In this document: piece by piece, positions 1 through 12,000 of the stretch
Position numbering within the stretch: the first letter of the stretch is position 1
Layout: each line of letters starts with the position of its first letter
Assembly (NCBI RefSeq): GCF_009834535.1
Contig: NC_045697.1
Span: forward strand, 120,468,001 to 120,532,000
Source: Camelus ferus
Taxonomy: Eukaryota
Direction: 5' to 3'
DNA length: 64,000 nt
The notes under the pieces: generated by a model
Told to the model about the DNA's origin: nothing
Database searches by the model: none
What the model saw: the letters and a program-made list of their open reading frames with translations, nothing else
Translations under genes and position numbers: made by a program

Positions 1-3000
1 ATTTACTCTGATTTCCCAGCTTTTTTTTTAGGCCAGTTTCGAAAATGAGGCAGAATGTTCAGAAAAATCATCTTGATGCAAGTCCTAAAAAGTAGACATG
101 TAGCTTACTTAGTTTTCCTCACCGTAATATTCCGTGTTCTGAACACGTTACATGAATCATGGATTCGACAAACATTCATTACTGAGTTATGAGCATTTGG
201 ATTAACGGTCTTTCATCCACCATAGAAGGCATATACACACCTAGAAACATTTACTCTGATTTCTCAACTTTTTCCTAAGGCCAGTTTTCACAATGAGGCA
301 AAATGCAGAGAAAAATGCTCTTGGAGCCAGTTCTACCAAACAGATATTTAATTAACATAGTTTCCCTCACTGTGAAATTCTGATTTCCAAACACACTACA
401 TGCATTACGAATTCGAAAAAACATTCATTACTGAGTTGTGAGCATGTGGTTTAATGATCTTTCAATCACCTTACAAGGCATATTTACACCTAGAAACATT
501 TAATCTGATTTTGCAGCTTTTTCCTAAGGCCAGTTTCGAAAATGAGGCAGAATGTGCAGGAGAATTAACTTTGCGCAAGTTCTACAAAAGAGAAATGTAA
601 TTTACATAGTTTTCTTCAAAGTAATATTCCGTGTTCCGAACACATTTCATGCATCATTGATTCGACAAACATTAATTATAGAGTTGAGATCATGTGGATT
701 ATAGAACTTTCATCCACCAAACAAGGCATATTTACACCTAGAAACATTTATGGTGATTTCATAGGTTTTCCTAAAGCCAGTTTTGAAAATGAGGCAGAAT
801 GCGCGGATAAATATAATTGGGGCGAGTTCTACCAAAGAGACATGTACGGTACACTTTCACTCACTGTGACATTCCATGTTTCGAACACGTTACATGTTAT
901 ACGGTTTCGACAAACATTGATTACTAAGTTGTGGGCTTGTGGATTAATGATCTTTTATTCACCATATAGGGCATATTTATACCTAGAATCATTTACAATT
1001 ATTTTGCATCATTTGTCTTAGGCCAGCTTCAAAAATGAGGCAGAATGCCCAGAAAAATACACTTGGAGCGAGTTCTACCCAATTGACATGCACGGTACAC
1101 TTTTTCTCACCGTGACATTCCATGTTCTGAACACGCTATATGCATCACAGATTCGACAAACATTCATTACAGAGTTGTGAGCATGTGGATTTCAGAACTT
1201 TCATCCACCATACAATGTATTTTTACACGTAGAATTCTTTACAGTGATTTCGCAGCTTTTCCTAAAGCCAATTTCTAAAATGGGGCTGAATGCAGAGAAA
1301 AATACTCTCGGTGCGAGTTCTACCCAAGATGCATGTAATTTACATAATTTCCCACACTGTGACATCCCGTGATCCGAAAACTCTACATGCATTATGAATT
1401 CGACGCATTGATTAGGGTGTTGTGAGCATGTGGATAACCGGACTTTGATTCACGATACAGGGCATATTTACACCTAGATATTTTACCCTGATTTCACAGG
1501 ATTTTCCTAAAGCCAGTTTTGAAAATGAGGCTGAATATGCAGAAAAATACTCTTGGAGTTATTTCTACCCAATAGACATGTCATTTACATAGTTTCCTTC
1601 ACCGTGACATTTCGTGTGTCGAAAACGCTACATGCATCCCGGATTCGACAAACATTCATTACTGAGTTATGAGCATGTGGATTTACGATCTTTCAATCAC
1701 CATACAAGGCATATTTACACCCAGATACTTTTACTGTGATTTCGCAGGTTTTTACCAAGGCCAGTTTCGAAAAAGCTGCCGAATGCGCAGCAAAATCCTC
1801 TTGGAGCGAGTTCTAACCAAGAGACATGTAATTTGCATACTTTCCCACACTGTGATATCCCATGCTTCGATTATGCTACATGCACCACGATTTTGACAAA
1901 CATTCATTACTGAGATATGAACATGTGGATTAACGATCTTTCAACCACCATACAAGGCATATTTACACCTAGAAAAATTTTCTCTGATTTATCCTCTTTT
2001 TTCTAGGGCCAGTTAATAAAATGAGGCAGAATGCACTGAAAAATACTCTTGGAGCGAGTTGTTCCCAATAGACACGTACGGTACACTTTCACTCACCGTG
2101 TGATTCCATTTTCTGGAAACAATACATACATTACCGATTTGATAAACATTCATTACTGAGTTATGAGCATGAGGATTACAGAACTTTCATCCACCATAAA
2201 AGGCATAATTTCACCTAGAAAGAATTACATTGATTTATCAGGTTTTACCTAAACCCAGTCTAGAAAATGAAGCAGAATAGACAGAAAATCCTCTAGGTGC
2301 GAGTTCTACAAAATAGACATTGAACTTACATAGTTTCGCTCACCGTAACATTCCCTGTTCCAAACACACTATATGCATCACAGATTCGACAAACATTCAT
2401 TACAGTGTTGTGAGCATTTGGATAAAAGAACTTTCATCCACCGAAGAAGGCATATTTACACCTAGAAGCATTTACGGTGATTTCACATGTATTCCTAATG
2501 CCACTTTCGAAAATGGGGCAGAATGCACAGAAAAATACTCTTGGAGCGAGTTCTACCCAAGGAATATGTAATTTACATAGTTTCACACACAGTGACATTC
2601 CGTGTTTTAAATACGCTACAAGCATCCCGGATTGACAAACATTAATTACTGAGTTGTGAGCATGTGGATTACCGAACGTTCATCCACCATACAAGCCATA
2701 TTTACACCAAGAACATTTACTCCAATTTCACAAATATTTCCTAAGGTCAGATTCGAAAATGAGGCAGATTGCACAGAAAAATCCTCTTGGAACATGTTCT
2801 ATACAATAGATATTTAATTTACAAAGATTCCCTTGCTGTGACATTCCATGTTCCAAAAACGTTACATGCATCACGGATTTGAAAAACATTCATTAAAGAG
2901 TTTTTAGCATGTGGATAACCAAACTTTCCTTCACCATACAAGGCATATTTACACTTAGAAACATTTACTCTGATTTCCCAGCTTTTTTTTTAGGCCAGTT

Positions 3001-6000
3001 TCGAAAATGAGGCAGAATGTTCAGAAAAATCATCTTGATGCAAGTCCTAAAAAATAGACATGTAGCTTACTTAGTTTTCCTCACCGTAACATTCCTTGTT
3101 CTGAACACGTTACATGAATCACGGATTCGACAAACATTCATTACTGAGTTATGAGCATGTGGATTAACGGTCTTTCATCCACCATAGAAGGCATATACAC
3201 AGCTAGAAACATTTACTCTGATTTCTCAACTTTTTCCTAAGGCCAGTTTTCACAATGAGGCAAAATGCAGAGAAAAATGCTCTTGGAGCCAGTTCTACCA
3301 AACAGATATTTAATTAACATAGTTTCCCTCACTGTGAAATTCTGATTTCCAAACACACTACATGCATTACGAATTCGAAAAAACATTCATACTGAGTTGT
3401 GAGCATGTGGTTTAATGATCTTTCAATCACCTTACAAGGCATATTTACACCTAGAAACATTTAATCTGATTTTGCAGCTTTTTCCTAAGGCCAGTTTCTA
3501 AAATGAGGCAGAATGTTCAGGAGAATTAACTTTTCGCAAGTTCTACAAAAGAGAAATATAATTTACATAGTTTTCTTCAAAGTAATATTCCGTGTTCCGA
3601 ACACATTTCATGCATCATTGATTCGACAAACATTAATTATAGAGTTGAGATCATGTGGATTATAGAACTTTCATCCACCAAACAAGGCATATTTACACCT
3701 AGAAACATTTATGGTGATTTCATAGGTTTTCCTAAAGCCAGTTTTGAAAATGAGGCAGAATGCGCGGATAAATATACTTGGGGCGAGTTCTACCAAAGAG
3801 ACATGTACGGTACACTTTCACTCACTGTGACATTCCATGTTTCGAACACGTTACATGTTATACGGTTTCAACAAACATTGATTACTAAGTTGTGGGCTTG
3901 TGGATTAATGATCTTTTATTCACCATATAGGGCATATTTATACCTAGAATCATTTACAATTATTTTGCATCATTTGTCTTAGGCCAGCTTCAAAAATGAG
4001 GCAGAATGCCCAGAAAAATACACTTGGAGCGAGTTCTACCCAATTGACATGCACGGTTCACTTTTTCTCACCGTGACATTCCATGATCTGAACACGCTAT
4101 ATGCATCACAGATTCGACAAACATTCATTACAGAGTTGTGAGCATGTGGATTTCAGAACTTTCATCCACCATACAATGTATTTTTACAAGTAGAATTCTT
4201 TACAGTGATTTCGCAGCTTTTCCTAAAGCCATTTTCTAAAATGGGGCTGAATGCAGAGAAAAATACTCTCGGTGCGAGTTCTACCCAAGATGTATGTAAT
4301 TTACATAATTTCCCACACCGTGACATCCCGTGATCCGAAAACTCTACATGCATTATGAATTCGACACATTGATTAGGGTGTTGTGAGCATGTGGATTACC
4401 GGACATTGATTCACGATACAGGGCATATTTACACCTAGATATTTTACCCTGATTTCACAGGATTTTCCTAAAGCCAGTTTTGAAAATGAGGCTGAATGTG
4501 CAGAAAAATACTCTTGGAATTATTTCTACAAAATAGACATGTCATTTACATAGTATCCTTCAAAGTAACAGTTCATGTGTCGAAAACGCTACATGCATCC
4601 CGGATTCGACAAACATTCATTACTGAGTTATGAGCATGTGGATTAACGGTCTTTCATCCACCATAGAAGGCCTATACACAGCTAGAAACATTTACTCTGA
4701 TTTCTCATCTTTTTCCTAAGGCCAGTTTCCAAAATGAGGCGGAATGCACAGAAATGTCCTGTTGGAGCGAGTCCTAACCAAAAGATATATAATTTACATA
4801 CTTTCCCTCACCATGACATTCCGTGTTCTGAACACAATACATGCTTTACGAATTCGACAAAGATTCATTACGGAATTCTGAGCATGTGGATTAACGATCT
4901 TTCAATCACCATACAAGGCATATTTACACCTAGATAATTTTACTGTGATTTCGCAGGTTTTTACCAAGGCCAGTTTCGAAAAAGCTGCCGAATGCGCAGA
5001 AAAATCCTCTTGGAGCGAGTTCTAACCAAGAGACATGTAATTTACATACTTTCCCACACTGTGATATCCCATGCTTCGATTACGCTACATGCACCACGAT
5101 TTTGACAAACATTCATTACTGAGATATGAACATGTGGATTAACGATCTTTCAACCACCATACAAGGCATATTTACACCTAGAAAAATTTTCTCTGATTTA
5201 TCCTCTTTTTTCTAGGGCCAGTTAATAAAATGAGGCAGAATGCACTGAAAAATACTCTTGGAGCGAGTTGTTCCCAGTAGACACGTACGGTACACTTTCA
5301 CTCACCGTGAGATTCCATATTCTGGAAACAATACATACATTACCGATTTGATAAACATTCATTACTGAGTTATGAGCATGAGGATTACAGAACTTTCATC
5401 CACCATAAAAGGCATAATTTCACCTAGAAAGAATTACATTGATTTATCAGGTTTTACCTAAACCCAGTCTAGAAAATGAAGCAGAATAGACAGAAAATCC
5501 TCTAGGTGCGAGTTCTACAAAATAGACATTGAACTTACATAGTTTCGCTCACCGTAACATTCCCTGTTCCAAACACACTATATGCATCACAGATTCGACA
5601 AACATTCATTACAGTGTTGTGAGCATTTGGATAAAAGAACTTTCATCCACCGAAGAAGGCATATTTACACCTAGAAGCATTTACGGTGATTTCACATGTA
5701 TTCCTAATGCCACTTTCGAAAATGGGGCAGAATGCACAGAAAAATACTCTTGGAGCGAGTTCTACCCAAGGAATATGTAATTTACATAGTTTCACACACA
5801 GTGACATTCCGTGTTTTAAATACGCTACAAGCATCCCGGATTGACAAACATTAATAACTGAGTTGTGAGCATGTGGATTACCGAACGTTCATCCACCATA
5901 CAAGCCATATTTACACCAAGAACATTTACTCCAATTTCACAAATATTTCCTAAGGTCAGATTCGAAAATGAGGCAGATTGCACAGAAAAATCCTCTTGGA

Positions 6001-9000
6001 ACATGTTCTATACAATAGATATTTAATTTACGAAGATTCCCTTGCTGTGACATTCCATGTTCCAAAAACGTTACATGCATCACGGATTTGAAAAACATTC
6101 ATTACAGAGTTTTTAGCATGTGGATAACCGAACTTTCCTTCACCATACAAGGCATATTTACACTTAGAAACATTTACTCTGATTTCCCAGCTTTTTCTTA
6201 AGGCCAGTTTCGAAAATGAGGCAGAATGTTCAGAAAAATCATCTTGATGCAAGTCCTAAAAAATAGACATGTAGCTTACTTAGTTTTCCTCACCGTAACA
6301 TTCCGTGTTCTGAACACATTACATGAATCACGGATTCGACAAACATTCATTACTGAGTTATGAGCATGTGGATTAACGGTCTTTCATCCACCATAGAAGG
6401 CATATACACAGCTAGAAACATTTACTCTGATTTCTCAACTTTTTCCTAAGGCCAGTTTTCACAATGAGGCAAAATGCAGAGAAAAATGCTCTTGGAGCCA
6501 GTTCTACCAAACAGATATTTAATTAACATAGTTTCCCTCACTGTGAAATTCTGATTTCCAAACACACTACATGCATTACGAATTCGAAAAAACATTCATA
6601 CTGAGTTGTGAGCATGTGGTTTAATGATCTTTCAATCACCTTACAAGGCATATTTACACCTAGAAACATTTATGGTGATTTCATAGGTTTTCCTAAAGCC
6701 AGTTTTGAAAATGAAGCAGAATGCGCGGATAAATATACTTGGGGCGAGTTCTACCAAAGAGACATGTACGGTACACTTTCACTCACTGTGACATTCCATG
6801 TTTCGAACACGTTACATGTTATACGGTTTCGACAAACATTGATTACTAAGTTGTGGGCTTGTGGATTAATGATCTTTTATTCACCATATAGGGCATATTT
6901 ATACCTAGAATCATTTACAATTATTTTGCATCATTTGTCTTAGGCCAGCTTCAAAAATGAGGCAGAATGCCCAGAAAAATACACTTGGAGCGAGTTCTAC
7001 CCAATTGACATGCACGGTTCACTTTTTCTCACCGTGACATTCCATGATCTGAACACGCTATATGCATCACAGATTCGACAAACATTCATTACAGAGTTGT
7101 GAGCATGTGGATTTCAGAACTTTCATCCACCATACAATGTATTTTTACAAGTAGAATTCTTTACAGTGATTTCGCAGCTTTTCCTAAAGCCATTTTCTAA
7201 AATGGGGTTGAATGCAGAGAAAAATACTCTCGGTGCGAGTTCTACCCAAGATGTATGTAATTTACATAATTTCCCACACTGTGACATCCCGTGATCCGAA
7301 AACTCTACATGCATTATGAATTCGACGCATTGATTAGGGTGTTGTGAGCATGTGGATTACCGGACATTGATTCACGATACAGGGCATATTTACACCTAGA
7401 TATTTTACCCTGATTTCACAGGATTTTCCTAAAGCCAGTTTTGAAAATGAGGCTGAATGTGCAGAAAAATACTCTTGGAGTTATTTCTTCCAAATAGACA
7501 TGTCATTTACATAGTATCCTTCACCGTAACAGTTCATGTGTCGAAAACGCTACATGCATCCCGGATTCGACAAACATTCATTACTGAGTTATGAGCATGT
7601 GGATTAACGGTCTTTCATCCACCATAGAAGGCCTATACACAGCTAGAAACATTTACTCTGATTTCTCATCTTTTTCCTAAGGCCAGTTTCCAAAATGAGG
7701 CGGAATGCACAGAAATGTCCTTTTGGAGCGAGTCCTAACCAAAAGATATATAATTTACATACTTTCCCTCACCGTGACATTCCGTGTTCTGAACACAATA
7801 CATGCTTTACGAATTCGACAAAGATTCATTACGGAATTCTGAGCATGTGGATTAACGATCTTTCAATCACCATACAAGGCATATTTACACCTAGATACTT
7901 TTACTGTGATTTCGCAGGTTTTTACCAAGGCCAGTTTCGAAAAAGCTGCCGAATGCGCAGAAAAATCCTCTTGGAGCGAGTTCTAACCAAGAGACATGTA
8001 ATTTACATACTTTCCCACACTGTGATATCCCATGCTTCGATTACGCTACATGCACCACGATTTTGACAAACATTCATTACTGAGATATGAACATGTGGAT
8101 TAACGATCTTTCAACCACCATACAAGGCATATTTACACCTAGAAAAATTTTCTCTGATTTATCCTCTTTTTTCTAGGGCCAGTTAATAAAATGAGGCAGA
8201 ATGCACTGAAAAATACTCTTGGAGCGAGTTGTTCCCAGTAGACACGTACGGTACACTTTCACTCACCGTGAGATTCCATATTCTGGAAACAATACATACA
8301 TTACCGATTTGATAAACATTCATTACTGAGTTATGAGCATGAGGATTACAGAACTTTCATCCACCATAAAAGGCATAATTTCACCTAGAAAGAATTACAT
8401 TGATTTATCAGGTTTTACCTAAACCCAGTCTAGAAAATGAAGCAGAATAGACAGAAAATCCTCTAGGTGCGAGTTCTACAAAATAGACATTGAACTTACA
8501 TAGTTTCGCTCACCGTAACATTCCCTGTTCCAAACACACTATATGCATCACAGATTCGACAAACATTCATTACAGTGTTGTGAGCATTTGGATAAAAGAA
8601 CTTTCATCCACCGAAGAAGGCATATTTACACCTAGAAGCATTTACGGTGATTTCACATGTATTCCTAATGCCACTTTCGAAAATGGGGCAGAATGCACAG
8701 AAAAATACTCTTGGAGCGAGTTCTACCCAAGGAATATGTAATTTACATAGTTTCACACACAGTGACATTCCGTGTTTTAAATACGCTACAAGCATCCCGG
8801 ATTGACAAACATTAATTTCTGAGTTGTGAGCATGTGGATTACCGAACGTTCATCCACCATACAAGCCATATTTACACCAAGAACATTTACTCCAATTTCA
8901 CAAATATTTCCTAAGGTCAGATTCGAAAATGAGGCAGATTGCACAGAAAAATCCTCTTGGAACATGTTCTATACAATAGATATTTAATTTACGAAGATTC

Positions 9001-12000
9001 CCTTGCTGTGACATTCCATGTTCCAAAAACGTTACATGCATCACGGATTTGAAAAACATTCATTACAGAGTTTTTAGCATGTGGATAACCGAACTTTCCT
9101 TCACCATACAAGGCACTATTTACACTTAGAAACATTTACTCTGATTTCCCAGCTTTTTTCTAAGGCCAGTTTCGAAAATGAGGCAGAATGTTCAGAAAAA
9201 TCATCTTGATGCAAGTCCTAAAAATAGACATGTAGCTTACTTAGTTTTCCTCACCGTAACATTCCGTGTTCTGAACACATTACATGAATCACGGATTCGA
9301 CAAACATTCATTACTGAGTTATGAGCATGTGGATTAACGGTCTTTCATCCACCATAGAAAGCATATACACAGCTAGAAACATTTACTCTGATTTCTCAAC
9401 TTTTTCCTAAGGCCAGTTTTCACAATGAGGCAAAATGCAGAGAAAAATGCTCTTGGAGCCAGTTCTACCAAACAGATATTTAATTAACATAGTTTCCCTC
9501 ACTGTGAAATTCTGATTTCCAAACACACTACATGCATTACGAATTCGAAAAAACATTCATACTGAGTTGTGAGCATGTGGTTTAATGATCTTTCAATCAC
9601 CTTACAAGGCATATTTACACCTAGAAACATTTAATCTGATTTTGCAGCTTTTTCCTAAGGCCAGTTTCGAAAATGAGGCAGAATGTGCAGGAGAATTAAC
9701 TTTGCACAAGTTCTACAAAAGAGAAATATAATTTACATAGTTTTATTCAAAGTAATATTCCGTGTTCCGAACACATTTCATGCATCATTGATTCGACAAA
9801 CATTAATTATAGAGTTGAGATCATGTGGATTATAGAACTTTCATCCACCAAACAAGGCATATTTACACCTAGAAACATTTATGGTGATTTCATAGGTTTT
9901 CCTAAAGCCAGTTTTGAAAATGAGGCAGAATGCGCGGATAAATATGCTTGGGGCGAGTTCTACCAAAGAGACATGTACGGTACACTTTCACTCACTGTGA
10001 CATTCCATGTTTCGAACACGTTACATGTTATACGGTTTCGACAAACATTGATTACTAAGTTGTGGGCTTGTGGATTAATGATCTTTTATTCACCATATAG
10101 TTCATATTTATACCTAGAATCATTTACAATTATTTTGCATCATTTGTCTTAGGCCAGCTTCAAAAATGAGGCAGAATGCCCAGAAAAATACACTTGGAGC
10201 GAGTTCTACCCAATTGACATGCACGGTTCACTTTTTCTCACCGTGACATTCCATGATCTGAACACGCTATATGCATCACAGATTCGACAAACATTCATTA
10301 CAGAGTTGTGAGCATGTGGATTTCAGAACTTTCATCCACCATACAATGGATTTTTACACGTAGAATTCTTTACAGTGATTTCGCAGCTTTTCCTAAAGCC
10401 AATTTCTAAAATGGGGCTGAATGCAGAGAAAAATACTCTCGGTGCGAGTTCTACCCAAGATGCATGTAATTTACATAATTTCCCACACTGTGACATCCCG
10501 TGATCGGAAAACTCTACATGCATTATGAATTCGACGCATTGATTAGGGTGTTGTGAGCATGTGGATTACCGGACATTGATTCACGATACAGGGCATATTT
10601 ACACCTAGATATTTTACCCTGATTTCACAGGATTTTCCTAAAGCCAGTTTTGAAAATGAGGCTGAATATGCAGAGAAAATACTCTTGGAGTTATTTCTAC
10701 CCAATAGACATGTCATTTACATAGTTTCCTTCACGTGACATTTCGTCTTCTGTGTCGAAAACGCTACATGCATCCCGGATTCGACAAACCTTCATTACTG
10801 AGTTATGAGCATGTGGATTTACGATCTTTCAATCACCATACAAGGCATATTTACACCCCAGATACTTTTACTGTGATTCGCAGGTTTTTACCAAGGCCAG
10901 TTCGAAAAAAGCTGCCGAATGCGCAGCAAAATCCTCTTGGAGCGAGTTCTAACCAAGGACATGTAATTTGCATACTTTCCCACACTGTGATATCCCATGC
11001 TTCGATTATGCTACATGCACCACGATTTTGACAAACATTCATTACTGAGATAGAACATGTGGAATTAACGATCTTTCAACCACCATACAAGGCATATTTA
11101 CACCTAGAAAATTTTCTCTGATTTATCCCTCTTTTTTCTAGGGCCAGTAATAAAATGAGGCAGAATGCACTGAAAAATACTCTTGGAGCGAGTTGTTCCC
11201 AATAGACACGTACGGTACACTTTCACTCACCGTGAGATTCCATATTCTGGAAACAATACATACATTACCGATTTGATAAACATTCATTACTGAGTTATGA
11301 GCATGAGGATTACAGAACTTTTCATCCACCATAAAAGGCATAATTTCACCTAGAAAGAATTACATTGATTTATCAGGTTTTACCTAAACCCAGTCTAGAA
11401 AATGAAGCAGAATAGACAGAAAATCCTCTAGGTGCGAGTTCTACAAATAGACATTGAACTTACATAGTTTCGCTCACCGTAACATTCCCTGTTCCAAACA
11501 CACTATATGCATCACAGATTCGACAAACATTCATTACAGTGTTGTGAGCATTTGGATAAAAGAACTTTCATCCACCGAAGAAGGCATATTTACACCTAGA
11601 AAGCATTTACGGTGATTTCACATGTATTCCTAATGCCACTTTCGAATAATGGGGCAAGAATATGCACAGAAAAAAAATTACTCTTGGAGCGAGTTCTACC
11701 CCAAGGAATATGAATTTACATAGTTTCACACCACAGTGACATTCGTGTTTTAAATACGCTACAAGCACTCCGGATTGACAAACATTAATTACTGAGTTGT
11801 GAGCATGTGGATTACCGAACGTTCATCACCATACAAGCCATATTTACACCAAGAACATTACTCCAATTTCACAAATATTTCCTAAGGTCTCAGATTCGAA
11901 AATGAGGGCAGATTGCACAGAAAAATCCTCTTGGAACATGTCTATACAATAGATATTTAATTTTAACAAAGCTTCCCTTGCTGTGACATTCCATGTTCCA

